Of a stretch of DNA of 64,000 nt, positions 10,324 to 21,202 are shown piece after piece (within the stretch, counting starts at the first letter, position 1; each line of letters begins with the position of its first letter). Made by a program: the position numbers and the translations under genes. This DNA comes from a virus (taxonomy: Duplodnaviria > Caudoviricetes): positions 64,001-128,000 of the IMG/VR virus record IMGVR_UViG_3300001580_000006, one strand, 5' to 3'. The notes under the pieces are model-generated. The model did not search any database and was not told the DNA's origin. It saw only the letters and a program-made list of their open reading frames with translations.

Positions 10324-12902
10324 GTACTGTAGGAACATACTGCCAAAACTCTAGTGTATTAGTGTATAACTGGTCTGGACGCATATATACACCAGAAGAA
10401 CTAAACAGAGCCATTGTAGCCCTTACTGCTGTAGCTAACAACTCAAATAGCGTAGTGTCAAAGTTTGCTATAGTACTAGGCGACTACAACGCTGCAATGA
10501 GCAGTGTGCCGGTCTCTGATATTGAGCTGTTCTACGAGTGGTACACAGGAGCTGGCAAGAGGAGTTCATTTGCACAGCTGGACTCGCACATTAGGCTGCT
10601 TATTAGTGTACCAACGGTAGCACAGTGGGCGGTAAGTGACGAGGTGTGGTTATATGCCGGTGACGTAGACTCCTATAATCTCTTTCCTGGAGCAGGCAAG
10701 GTATCAGATGTATTTGATGACTTAGCTGACTCGTCATGGCCACATTACGGCTCGTCATGGCTAGGCCTTCCAATGAGTGGCGCAGCATCTAGGGCGGTGT
10801 ACTCTACCATTGTCGCTAAAATAGGAAACTCTGTCTATATGTACTCCCCGTCGCTGAAGAGCTTTGACATAGTACAGAACGAGTCTGCAGTAAGTATACT
10901 AACTAAGCCTTATTACTATATTATAAATACAGATATCACATCTATAGATACTCCGCCGCTTGGCAGAGCATCCTGTGTAGTAGCTCCGGATACAGAAGAC
11001 AATATTCCTCTGTTACACATGGGCGCGCATGCTGGGCTAAATGATCCACACGTTGGAGCCTGGAGGATGATGCTAGGTGCTGATCTAATAGGAACACCTC
11101 CAGCCTACCTAAGTGTACTATATCGCAGAAGCTACTATCCAGAATATTACGCAGCAAATGACATAGATGCCAGCTTATATTGGTCTAAGGAGGCGCTACA
11201 GCCATCATTACTGCGTACAAGGTACTCAGTTGTAGAGGTAGCGCAAGCTCAGGACACGGTGCAGCAGATACACGATAACGCCACTATTGTTGGCATTTCT
11301 GAGCCGGACGGCGTGAGGGCAAATCTATTTTTCGAAGTACCAGTATACAGTGGTCCTATGCCTAGCGACTCTGGGTTCGCTGGTGGAAAAGCTCTACTTG
11401 CCTACCAAGTATCTGTTAATATTAGACATAGAGATACTGGTAGCTTAATATTTCAGCAAACAATATCAGCTCCTATTATCTCACAGTGGACCATTCCGTA
11501 CCAAACATATCCAGTTTATTTCCGAGTTCCTATAACTGATATCACTGGTGTTTCTGAGGAGCAGGGTGTACAACGCTGGGGAGCTTTTGCCGAGCACAAC
11601 GATCCTGATGGCATTTATGGCATACATGGAAAGTATGATGCGACTACCCTCGGTAATACTGTGGTAAGACTAAGCACCTACACTAATACAATACCTTGCT
11701 ATGATACTATAAACAACAGCAGGGCCTGGCTAAGCACACCCCCAACTATAAATAAGCCTATTAGGTTTCCAGGCACAGGGGCGTACACGCTACAAATATC
11801 ATATAAGGGGTTTGCTGTAAGTAGTGGGTCTTTGGTAGCAACTTCCGACGCCTCATTTGGTAGTTTTGGTAGCGGCATGCATGATGTTATAAAGGGCTGG
11901 CTAGAAAGAAACATTGGTGCAGACTTCAGCGATCTATTTGACAAAAGATTCGATCTGCTTGGATACTATGATTCATTTAATAATATAGATTGCACAAAGA
12001 TTGGTGGAGCAGTCGGGGTCAGCAGCGATGGGGCTAACCTAATGATTACTCCAATAGCTAGTGCTGATATGTCAGGAATGATAGAGCACGAGTTCTTTGT
12101 AACAGATAGTATAACCAACAACCTTATAATAGATCCTGGGCTAATGGTAGGCGAGCAGGTGGTAACTCAAAACCCCACCATTAGGTGGCACTGGCAAGAT
12201 GCAGCTGAAGCACCAAACATAGACTATTATGTATTCGAGGCGTGGAGAAACGGTGTCAGCATGGATTTGGGCAACGACATAGGTAAAACGCTGTACACTG
12301 ACGAGATGTCTTTTCAACTGCTTACCGATGCTACACCTGCTAGTTACACAATAAGAGTACGAGGTATACCAGTTGACCAGCCATTTGCATACCTAGCCGA
12401 GAAAACATTCGCCTTAAGCCCAGTATCAGCACCGGAGTTGGCAGTAAGCAATATAACTCTAACCTGCGAAGTAGAGAAACCAAGATTCCAACCTATTAGG
12501 CTTCTTTGCTACAATCAAGAGCCTAGTTCGGAGTCTCCTGGCTACTATTCTCCTGATATAGAGGGAGCGGATAAAACTGACTGGCAGACGCTAACTCCTC
12601 CAGTACTAAACACTTACAACGGCATACTAGAATTCTACTACAGCGACGGCAAAATATACACTAATGCGGATTTGCGTTCTGTCGCAAAATATGTTATAAT
12701 TATATATTATAGGCTGTATGACTTCATTAGTTTAGAGCTAGATCTAGAACGCTCTAACGAGCACAGCCCACGAGTCTATGGCTACACCATAGCGTGTTCA
12801 CCAGACGTATTCACTCCTCCTCCAAGTCAACTTACTGCACCATCTACGCCTACTAAGCGGCCAACGGTGAGAAAAGATTTAACAGAGCGAGCTACGGCTT
12901 AA
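10320..12902 (+). CDS. Putative virion protein
   Basis: 860 aa, ATGA overlap with the upstream gene, FN3-like segment near the C-terminus. Confidence 0.5.
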   Translation: MSTVGTYCQNSSVLVYNWSGRIYTPEELNRAIVALTAVANNSNSVVSKFAIVLGDYNAAMSSVPVSDIELFYEWYTGAGKRSSFAQLDSHIRLLISVPTVAQWAVSDEVWLYAGDVDSYNLFPGAGKVSDVFDDLADSSWPHYGSSWLGLPMSGAASRAVYSTIVAKIGNSVYMYSPSLKSFDIVQNESAVSILTKPYYYIINTDITSIDTPPLGRASCVVAPDTEDNIPLLHMGAHAGLNDPHVGAWRMMLGADLIGTPPAYLSVLYRRSYYPEYYAANDIDASLYWSKEALQPSLLRTRYSVVEVAQAQDTVQQIHDNATIVGISEPDGVRANLFFEVPVYSGPMPSDSGFAGGKALLAYQVSVNIRHRDTGSLIFQQTISAPIISQWTIPYQTYPVYFRVPITDITGVSEEQGVQRWGAFAEHNDPDGIYGIHGKYDATTLGNTVVRLSTYTNTIPCYDTINNSRAWLSTPPTINKPIRFPGTGAYTLQISYKGFAVSSGSLVATSDASFGSFGSGMHDVIKGWLERNIGADFSDLFDKRFDLLGYYDSFNNIDCTKIGGAVGVSSDGANLMITPIASADMSGMIEHEFFVTDSITNNLIIDPGLMVGEQVVTQNPTIRWHWQDAAEAPNIDYYVFEAWRNGVSMDLGNDIGKTLYTDEMSFQLLTDATPASYTIRVRGIPVDQPFAYLAEKTFALSPVSAPELAVSNITLTCEVEKPRFQPIRLLCYNQEPSSESPGYYSPDIEGADKTDWQTLTPPVLNTYNGILEFYYSDGKIYTNADLRSVAKYVIIIYYRLYDFISLELDLERSNEHSPRVYGYTIACSPDVFTPPPSQLTAPSTPTKRPTVRKDLTERATA

Positions 12903-14087
12903 ATGAATAAGTTCAATCCAATAATGCTTGTCGAGCGCAATAGACTAATATCGGACTTGTTGTATTCTGTAGCTAAAGAACAGCCCGAGCTTAGCCAAAT
13001 GCAGTTGCTTTTAATAGCACAGCAGTTATTGTCCAAACTAACAGAGGAGCCAGAATCCAACCTTGGTACTCTTGTAGATAATAGTGTAGATGCAGAGGCC
13101 TTTCCTGATGCAGCTAGATTTAATGATATGATTAATGCTGTACGCACTGATCTAATAGATCTTACTAAATGGCAAGCACAGCTGACATCTTATGCTGGAA
13201 CATTTCTACAGGACCACGTAGGTAAGTCCCGCGGAGAATCATCTCTTATTAGTTTACTCAAAGCCGAGCTGTATGCCACCGCACTAAGAACAGCTGGTCT
13301 TATTTCAAATGAATGGGCTATTAACCTAGCCGTTAGTAATGCTATCGCTGACCAGGCACAAACAACCGCCTATATAGACTCAGTGCTGCAAGAGGCCATG
13401 GCTACTATTACAACTAGAATTAAGGCAGAAGTAGCGGCGATAGAGTGCGTGCTTCTTAGCCCTGATCCAAATATAGTTCATGCTGGCTTTGGTAAGAAAT
13501 TTGGTGTACGGGACACCGCCACCGATGACGCTATAAGAAGTGCAGATACTAGAGGAGTAGAGAATTTAACCACTGAGTCTCTAGTAGACGCCATGGAGTA
13601 CGAGGCTGTATTTAAGGAAGATATAAAGGATAACCCTAATTGTCCTATTACTGAGCGCAATATTAGCATTTTGCAGACTGACCCAACTGGATCCCATCCG
13701 ATCAATTTTTGGGAGCCTATTTATATACAAGAGGAGCCCATCAGGCCTGTTGGGGCTTCTACCTATGATCTTCAGCTACAGCTTACTGTTCTATTAAAAA
13801 GCCTATCTCTTGTTGATAGAGTTGAAGTTCTACAGAACAACGTAAACGGCTATGCACTAGTCGGAGGCTTTGGAGTTACCGAGAGCGGCTCTATAAAATT
13901 CGATGTCTCTACGGCTGATGGTAAAACCGTTATGACATGCCCTCCCACAGAGCTAACTAAGGTAGTTATTAAATTAACAAAAAGTGCATCGTATAGACAG
14001 CGATATGAGCTGTATAGATACCTCGGTAAAATAGGAAACTCTAATCCCCCAATGTATACTAATCTACTTAGCGACAAAGAGTTATGA
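12903..14087 (+). CDS. Putative virion protein, paralog family
   Basis: 394 aa; segment DAARFNDMINAVRTDLIDL. Confidence 0.5.
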   Translation: MNKFNPIMLVERNRLISDLLYSVAKEQPELSQMQLLLIAQQLLSKLTEEPESNLGTLVDNSVDAEAFPDAARFNDMINAVRTDLIDLTKWQAQLTSYAGTFLQDHVGKSRGESSLISLLKAELYATALRTAGLISNEWAINLAVSNAIADQAQTTAYIDSVLQEAMATITTRIKAEVAAIECVLLSPDPNIVHAGFGKKFGVRDTATDDAIRSADTRGVENLTTESLVDAMEYEAVFKEDIKDNPNCPITERNISILQTDPTGSHPINFWEPIYIQEEPIRPVGASTYDLQLQLTVLLKSLSLVDRVEVLQNNVNGYALVGGFGVTESGSIKFDVSTADGKTVMTCPPTELTKVVIKLTKSASYRQRYELYRYLGKIGNSNPPMYTNLLSDKEL

Positions 14088-17000
14088 GCAACATTTTAGA
14101 CAAGCACGAATTTGTAGTATTCGCTGATCTGCACAGATCTCATCCGCCCAGCGATAACGATCAGTATACTGCTGATGTCATCGACGACGGCGCTGTAGAT
14201 ATGCCAGTTGGTGTAATTTGGGGAGTTGACACAAGTTGGAACTATTTACCAGGCACTACGCAGCCTAAGGGGTTTATAGCCACCCAGGTAGTTCCTGAAG
14301 ACTCTACTTATAAGGACGTGCCCATTACCTCATGTTTATCTAGAGGAGAATACCTAGAGCAAGTATACCCAATAACTGATTACTCGTCATCGCTATTTTG
14401 GATTAAGCAAACTATTACGCCAGATGGCCTGGCTGGTAAATCCATCGCTATTCATTTTAATGGACAGTATGGACGAGTAGACGAGGACGGCAACCCTGTT
14501 GTGGTAATTGATCACCGCTCTGCAGGTAGGGAGATATTCGGCGCATATGATGATGCGAGATTTTCGTACGAGGATTGGACTCAATATGCTAATATTGATT
14601 TTGCTGGCGGGTCTGTAAACCCACCATATGCCACTAATGATAATGTAGAGTTTATTAGTATTGCCGGCAGTGAGCTATCAACTGAGTTGTCGGCCACCAG
14701 TGGGTACTCTGCTATCTACGGGCTTCTTCCTATTTTAAGCAATGGTGCCGACTGTGGGCTAGCGTCAAGAAATGAAGTAGACAGAAAGCCTCCATGGCTA
14801 CGATATAGACACACCGACTCGCACATAGCAGATATTATAGAATTTGGCTTTGTACCTTCTGGCAGATATAGTTGGGCACCAGATGACTATACGTGTGGCA
14901 CAATGCTAGCAGTTATGGGTGGCACCCCAGACAACCTAACTACCACTGCTGCTGGGGTAGCCACCACTTCTTCCTCTACCCACGCTGTTATACAAGCTTA
15001 TAAAACTAATTGGTATAGCAGTGCAGCTGGACAGCTTTTTACAAAAATTAGCGGTAATGAGGAAAATTCATTCCTAGTTACAAAGCCTCTTCCAGGCAAC
15101 CAAAAGTGGACCACCTACAAAGATAGAGTGTTCGGTATAGCTGGTTTCATGTGGCAGAGAATAGACAATGAGGATGGCGCAACCGACAGCCTATATATTA
15201 GCACACAGTTAGGCAGGCTAGCCACCTACAATACTCTAAGCTATCTATACGGTGAGCTTGGTCAGCAATACGACCTCCAGACTCCAGAAGTTGCCGGTTT
15301 TGCTGTAGGCAACATTGCGCATGACGATGACTTTGGTCATCTTCTGTATCATATGTACCCAACCGCTGGGTCCCTAAATAGTGCAAACCTAGCATGGATT
15401 AGATCACGAAGAACATTTGTTAAACAATTGTCAGCCGGCACTATTACACCAATAGATTTATTTGGGTTAGTTAAAACGCATCCCATACCCAAGGTTTATA
15501 CAATAGAGCCAACAGGCACAGAGGTCGGTAGCGCCAGCAACCCAGCCATAAGTGGAAATGTATTTATTAGGCTGACTACCCCCGGCACGTATACCGGAGA
15601 TGTATCTAGTGCGCTAAGCTATCAAATAGAAGTTAAGAACCAGCATGGCGCAGTAACTATAACAAAAAATATATATCCAAGTATCAACACAGTAGATGCT
15701 TTTACGTGGGGCGACGGCAGTTTTGTGTATACTGGCGATGGCTGGTCGAATGGGCTGAACTATGTTCGTATTGGTGCATACCAAACAGGCTTTGATGAGC
15801 TACACCCTGATTGGGTGGCACGGGCCGACTGGACGCCAATCTACGTAACTGGAGCCGACGACAGGCTAGAACCATTGGTATATGCAATAAAACCAGATAC
15901 TAGCGCCTCAACTAGGTGCGGTGGTAGCCTAAGTGGTAGCACACAGTTTGTACCTGGCGTGGCTGGAGCATACTCTGACCACTACGTACATAGATTTTTT
16001 GAAACTGCAATTAATCAGTACGTAACTGACAATGAAATACTTGTTGGTATTGAAAACCCTCATCCAGCAAAGAGACTAAAGCTTGATAACACAAAAGATC
16101 AAATAGCCTTTCCTGAAAATGTTGAGATAGTAACATCTTACATAGAGACAGTATCGAGTTGGAAGAGTAGTGATAAAACTCTTCTGAGCAGTGAACCAAC
16201 ACGCCAAGTATCTAGTGATTCTATAAAGGAAGTTGTTACTAACTGCGATCATATGCTATGGTGGCCAGTTAGGGTAAACCTTGTTATACCTGATGAGCTT
16301 GCTTCATATGGGTCTCGTGGAACTGACAGCATAAACTATGATGGTACTCAAGACCCAGCCATTCTCAGCTTGTTTAATATAAGACTTACCCCCAACGCTC
16401 TTAATAAAATACGCATTAGGTTTTATACTACTGAGCCTGGCGACTACATGTTTCCAGACGGCGGATTATCAGATTTCTCCGAGCAGATAATTTATATTCC
16501 ATACTACCCAGAGTTACAGGAAATAGTTAGCAACGGAGAAAGAACCCTGCAGCTGCCTAGGTCATACGCAGATTGCATTATGCCTACTGGTAATCAACTG
16601 GTGTTTGATATAAATGAGTTAGTAAATCCAACTATAAACCCTGTTGCGTATAGCGGCATAAAGTATGATTATAGAGTAGTGGAGACCACTATCGATGGTA
16701 GCCTGGTACCACTTATATATTCTACTTGGGCTGGACCAAACACTATTGTGCCAATAATTAAATACATTAAGCCAAACGTTAAGTTGATTATGGATACCAA
16801 GATCTGGGTCCAGAGCGTAAACTTCTCTGATGGCAGTACGTGGCTTAACTTTCGTAATGTGTATACTAAGAGCAATGAATTTGTATACGCTAAGCTGCCT
16901 GGGTCTGGACACAACTATCCATATAACAACCTATGCCAGATAATATCCTCTACTGATACTGACTACACCATTACTACTATGACCCAAGGGGACGCTACCT

Positions 17001-18124
17001 TCTATAGATTTTTTGTGTGGTCGCTACCAAATTCGTCTAACCCAGCAGAGTATTTAAATCTAGCTAGAACAGGGCCGTTTGATACAGCCAACGGCATTGC
17101 TGTCAGTAATATAGCCGTAGCCCCAGAGTCCTCACTCATGAGTACTGCTTCGCTGCATGTTAGCCAAGCAATCTCTTTATTGGACAACACCTTGTATGCT
17201 TGGGCTGCCAAACCATCTAATGAATCCAATGCAGACTCACAGCTCAGACCATATAATCTAGATCCATGGTCTACTATGGCCCAAGGCCCAATAGTAGGCT
17301 TAGTGTGGAAGTCAGATCAGGCTACTACAACTCACCCGATACAGATTAGGGAGCCTAGCGGTATAACTAATCTGTCACCAAGACTTAGACTATTGGTGGC
17401 CGCTAGTGGCGACTACGTACAAAAGCTGTTGATTTTTAACACCGACAACAATGCGTGGGAGATTATCCCGGCTGGAAGCCCAACTACTCCTATCTCAGCA
17501 ACTGGTGGTCAGGAGTTCGTACGAAATATACTACAGGATGGTTCACTGCTTAGTCAGGGTGCTACATACGCACTGGTAGTGCAACAAAGCGCAAGTCCAC
17601 TAACCATACCGCCAGCTATTGCCATATTTAAAACTAAGGCTACCACTCAAGAAGATTTTACAGATAGAATACCTGTTGGGTCTATTACAGTAAACCCCGA
17701 GGAGTCGAACCTAATTAGATATGCACTAGAGGTTGCTACTGTTGATGTTATGTACGGTACACAAGAACCAGGGTCAGTACTAGTAACTAAACCAGTTGGT
17801 ATATCAAAAGCGCTATCTGCGCTCTGCATAGAAGCTGGGAGGGTTGGGGCTAGTGGCCCCGATAGCATAACTTGCGAAGTGCAGTTTAATGATGAGAACA
17901 CCTGGCACCAAATATGCCCTCTAGGTTGGAATGATACTAGTAGGCCAACTACGTTGTTCCTTGGACAGTATGATAGTCAGCTAAAAAGTAAACTTGAATC
18001 AATGTATGGTACTGGCGCAGTGGCACAAACAACAGAATCAGTTTATAGCATACGGCTGCGGTTTACATTCAACGAGGCCAAAGCACGCCTATCAAAATTT
18101 GTTAAAATTAAGGGAATTTCGTAG
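14084..18124 (+). CDS. Large putative virion/receptor-binding protein
   Basis: 1346 aa, ATGA overlap, beta-rich. Confidence 0.5.
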   Translation: MSNILDKHEFVVFADLHRSHPPSDNDQYTADVIDDGAVDMPVGVIWGVDTSWNYLPGTTQPKGFIATQVVPEDSTYKDVPITSCLSRGEYLEQVYPITDYSSSLFWIKQTITPDGLAGKSIAIHFNGQYGRVDEDGNPVVVIDHRSAGREIFGAYDDARFSYEDWTQYANIDFAGGSVNPPYATNDNVEFISIAGSELSTELSATSGYSAIYGLLPILSNGADCGLASRNEVDRKPPWLRYRHTDSHIADIIEFGFVPSGRYSWAPDDYTCGTMLAVMGGTPDNLTTTAAGVATTSSSTHAVIQAYKTNWYSSAAGQLFTKISGNEENSFLVTKPLPGNQKWTTYKDRVFGIAGFMWQRIDNEDGATDSLYISTQLGRLATYNTLSYLYGELGQQYDLQTPEVAGFAVGNIAHDDDFGHLLYHMYPTAGSLNSANLAWIRSRRTFVKQLSAGTITPIDLFGLVKTHPIPKVYTIEPTGTEVGSASNPAISGNVFIRLTTPGTYTGDVSSALSYQIEVKNQHGAVTITKNIYPSINTVDAFTWGDGSFVYTGDGWSNGLNYVRIGAYQTGFDELHPDWVARADWTPIYVTGADDRLEPLVYAIKPDTSASTRCGGSLSGSTQFVPGVAGAYSDHYVHRFFETAINQYVTDNEILVGIENPHPAKRLKLDNTKDQIAFPENVEIVTSYIETVSSWKSSDKTLLSSEPTRQVSSDSIKEVVTNCDHMLWWPVRVNLVIPDELASYGSRGTDSINYDGTQDPAILSLFNIRLTPNALNKIRIRFYTTEPGDYMFPDGGLSDFSEQIIYIPYYPELQEIVSNGERTLQLPRSYADCIMPTGNQLVFDINELVNPTINPVAYSGIKYDYRVVETTIDGSLVPLIYSTWAGPNTIVPIIKYIKPNVKLIMDTKIWVQSVNFSDGSTWLNFRNVYTKSNEFVYAKLPGSGHNYPYNNLCQIISSTDTDYTITTMTQGDATFYRFFVWSLPNSSNPAEYLNLARTGPFDTANGIAVSNIAVAPESSLMSTASLHVSQAISLLDNTLYAWAAKPSNESNADSQLRPYNLDPWSTMAQGPIVGLVWKSDQATTTHPIQIREPSGITNLSPRLRLLVAASGDYVQKLLIFNTDNNAWEIIPAGSPTTPISATGGQEFVRNILQDGSLLSQGATYALVVQQSASPLTIPPAIAIFKTKATTQEDFTDRIPVGSITVNPEESNLIRYALEVATVDVMYGTQEPGSVLVTKPVGISKALSALCIEAGRVGASGPDSITCEVQFNDENTWHQICPLGWNDTSRPTTLFLGQYDSQLKSKLESMYGTGAVAQTTESVYSIRLRFTFNEAKARLSKFVKIKGIS

Positions 18125-18126
18125 CC

Positions 18127-18660
18127 ATGCGCAGACGAAGTCCAATATCTAACGAGACGAGAACCAAAATGCGTCTTGCACGTTTGGGCAAGATTTGTTC
18201 TGCAGAAACCAAGGCGAAGATAAGCTCTACGCGGCTTGGTCAGCCGAGCCCGCGACGGGGTGCAAAGCTTTCGTTCGAAACTAAGGCCAAACTTCGCGCT
18301 GCTAATATTGGCAAACAACTGCTTCCGTCGACCAGAGCAAAGATGAGGTTACGGACTGGAGCAAAAGCTGGCAACTGGAAAGGCGGTATTACTTCGGTAA
18401 ACCATGGATTTAGGCGTGCTATCGCGGGCATGTTTGAGTACCGCCAATGGCGTTCCGATATATTCACTAGAGACAACTTTACTTGTCAGAAATGTTGGCG
18501 GCAGGGCGGCGAGCTGCACGCACACCACAAGAAACGGTTCCAAGTTATTATTGACCAGTACAAAATAACCACTATGGAACAGGCGGCGATTTGTGCAGAA
18601 TTGTGGGATATAAATAATGGCATTACGCTTTGCGTAGACTGCCATAAAGGCATCAGTTAA
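18127..18660 (+). CDS. HNH homing endonuclease with NUMOD3-like repeats
   Basis: Repeated ETxAK(I/M/L) motifs, NWKGG, RDNFTCQKC, LHAHH, NGITLCVDCH. Confidence 0.9.
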   Translation: MRRRSPISNETRTKMRLARLGKICSAETKAKISSTRLGQPSPRRGAKLSFETKAKLRAANIGKQLLPSTRAKMRLRTGAKAGNWKGGITSVNHGFRRAIAGMFEYRQWRSDIFTRDNFTCQKCWRQGGELHAHHKKRFQVIIDQYKITTMEQAAICAELWDINNGITLCVDCHKGIS

Positions 18661-20933
18661 TGAAATCTATACGCCAAATACAGAGAGATATTCTACTAGA
18701 TGAAATACAGCAAGAGTTAGTATCTAGAGGAATCTCATTGCATAGTCAAGAGGCTAAAGCAGAGATCCAACTACGGCTTCTTAGAGCTTGTGGTAAGCCA
18801 GTATTTAGACCAAGCGTTGTATCTGGACCAATAGATGTTGGTGGCATCAACAATATGCTTATGGACATAACTGCCGATATAAACATAGTGTTACAGGCCA
18901 CTGAAGAGCTAGACAGAGCCATATCGCTAACAGCAATTCTTACTGATGTAGAACACAAGACGAATCAGCTTAGGCTTAACGATGCTATGTCCACCACGGC
19001 GTACCTAAAGGCCGGGGGTCTAGTGTTTGCCGATTCATTTGATTCGTCCAACAAGGTAGACCTATCACACTCAACTGCGATAGTGGATACGGCTATTGGT
19101 GCGGTAAAGCACAAATCGTCTTTGGCTAAGCAGGCTATACAGGTGCCCACAGACCAATCAATTATGCTAGAGCCGGGATCAGCATACACTGCAATCTCAG
19201 TTATTACGCCACCACAGGACCTACTGCTTGGAACTGGGCCGTTCACCACAGTCTATCAGACTAATTCTCCAGCAGGATTTAGCGTCCTTACTACAATAGC
19301 AGTTCCTATGTCCAACAAGACCTATACTCTTACTCTTAGTAGCGTCATTGGCTATATGGAGGTTGACTATACATTTTCTGGCAGCTATGCTGACACAAAG
19401 TGGCTGCAAACTAGGCTTGGTCCTGTCCCTACCCCTATACAAGTCCCAGCTGGAGTTGGCCTAATAAGACTGCGGCTTACTAAAACTATGCCAGACCTTG
19501 ATGAGCAAGGTGCAAATTATTATATATTCTCTCTAGACCAACTTAAGGCTTGGAACATAAATGAGTTTGGCACATCGTACGTGATTACCAATCCTATAAG
19601 GTTTGCTGATTTAAATGGTGCTGATATATCACTACACAATGTAGCTATTACGGCTAAGACCCAGGGCGGTGGCAGTGTAACTCCATTTGTGTCAATCTGT
19701 ACAGACAACCAGCCACCAGAAACTCTCAACTGGGTAGAAGCTCCACTGTCCAGCGTGGTAAAGATATCTAGTAGCTTCCAAGGCATAATAAGCCCAGATA
19801 GTATTACTGTTTTAAACACCAATCAGATTCAAATAGCCGAGTTTGATAGTAAGCTTAGCTCTACCAGAGTTACTGCTGGTATGGGTGTTATGCAGAGAAC
19901 AACATATGGAGTTAGCAATTCGTATATAGAGAAAGCTGCTACCGGTGTGGCTACACAAGAACTAATAAGTGGTGGTAAGCGTATATATATACCAATCGAT
20001 GCGTTTAATCTACAGAGCGATGAGAGCATAGCCACCACTGGCGCTATATCATATATTAAGGTTGGAAGAACTGTATACCCTACTACTATACCATACACAA
20101 TAGTTGGTGTAGCCGGCAATCAGTTTATGAGAATAACTCTTCCAGCTCTTCCCCCGAACCGCCGCTGGCGTCGTATTGTAGTTGATCCTGTCTTTTACGA
20201 AGATGATGCTACTAGCTACGCAATAAAGATTCGTGCTACAAAGTTTGTAGTCGACAACTCCATAGGCTCGTGGGTCGGCCAGTGCATACTAAAGTCTGGT
20301 GAATCCATTAGTATAACCTCCAATGCCACTAGTTGCGTGCTGCAGAATCTAGAAACCGGTGCTGTGCTGTCTATTAAACCAGGCACCACTAGAATAGATT
20401 ATCAGCAAGGGTGGAGAACATTTACCGTGCTGGTCACCGGCAACGACCAGCTTAATCGCCTAGTGTCATTTGATGATCCTAATAAAATTCTGGCGTTTGG
20501 CACACTTACTCAGGTAGTTAGCGCCCCGGCCCCAGGAGAATATATGGATAATGATGGTAAAATAATAGTTGGTAATCCGTGCAACTTAAAGCTTACAGAT
20601 GTAAGAACAGGCAATGACTTCAATATTGCATCACTAGAGCAGAACAGCAGCCTATTCTTTAAGGTAGAATATTTATACCAGGATGTTGATACAAAAACTG
20701 TGAGGCTTAAGTTTGAGTTAGATCCTGGTGTTGATACGGTGTCTCTACTTGAGTATGCTGCATCATTCCAGCCATCAACTGTGGCACTAGAGCCAATCTA
20801 CGATGATTTTGTAGAGAAGTTTGACCTATCCACTATACAACCCATTGGAGCATCTAATGGGACGCTGGGCCTTGTTACTGTTGGCCGCAAACAGGGTAAC
20901 AAAAATATCGTTACTAAGGTAGAATTAAAGTGA
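18660..20933 (+). CDS. Putative virion protein, paralog family
   Basis: 757 aa; segment GGINNMLMDITADINIV followed by a coiled coil and beta-rich domains. Confidence 0.5.
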   Translation: MKSIRQIQRDILLDEIQQELVSRGISLHSQEAKAEIQLRLLRACGKPVFRPSVVSGPIDVGGINNMLMDITADINIVLQATEELDRAISLTAILTDVEHKTNQLRLNDAMSTTAYLKAGGLVFADSFDSSNKVDLSHSTAIVDTAIGAVKHKSSLAKQAIQVPTDQSIMLEPGSAYTAISVITPPQDLLLGTGPFTTVYQTNSPAGFSVLTTIAVPMSNKTYTLTLSSVIGYMEVDYTFSGSYADTKWLQTRLGPVPTPIQVPAGVGLIRLRLTKTMPDLDEQGANYYIFSLDQLKAWNINEFGTSYVITNPIRFADLNGADISLHNVAITAKTQGGGSVTPFVSICTDNQPPETLNWVEAPLSSVVKISSSFQGIISPDSITVLNTNQIQIAEFDSKLSSTRVTAGMGVMQRTTYGVSNSYIEKAATGVATQELISGGKRIYIPIDAFNLQSDESIATTGAISYIKVGRTVYPTTIPYTIVGVAGNQFMRITLPALPPNRRWRRIVVDPVFYEDDATSYAIKIRATKFVVDNSIGSWVGQCILKSGESISITSNATSCVLQNLETGAVLSIKPGTTRIDYQQGWRTFTVLVTGNDQLNRLVSFDDPNKILAFGTLTQVVSAPAPGEYMDNDGKIIVGNPCNLKLTDVRTGNDFNIASLEQNSSLFFKVEYLYQDVDTKTVRLKFELDPGVDTVSLLEYAASFQPSTVALEPIYDDFVEKFDLSTIQPIGASNGTLGLVTVGRKQGNKNIVTKVELK

Positions 20934-21199
20934 ACGTAGACAGTTTAAACTCCTATAATTATGTGCAGCAGCCACAGGTGTGCCAGATGAGGCAGCGCAG
21001 ACGGGCGCCAATCCGCTCCATAATAATATCAGCTTTATTTGGTGGTCTTTACGGAAGTTTCCTAGACTTGTCAACCATTATAGCCGGCTGTGGTACTGAT
21101 ATAGATAATATTGCAACTGAGAGAACTACTCTTATGAACAACCAGTTGCCTACTGTGTGCTATGCCTTGCGCACATTAAACAGATTTTGTGGAGTCTAA
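20930..21199 (+). CDS. Small putative virion protein
   Basis: 89 aa, GTGA overlap; RAPIRS segment resembles the N-terminus of the next ORF. Confidence 0.4.
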   Translation: MNVDSLNSYNYVQQPQVCQMRQRRRAPIRSIIISALFGGLYGSFLDLSTIIAGCGTDIDNIATERTTLMNNQLPTVCYALRTLNRFCGV

Positions 21200-21202
21200 C
21201 CA

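Noticed and set aside
10728-10762. Short direct repeat CTCGTCATGGC
   Set aside because: Only two copies inside a CDS (SSW twice); no array structure
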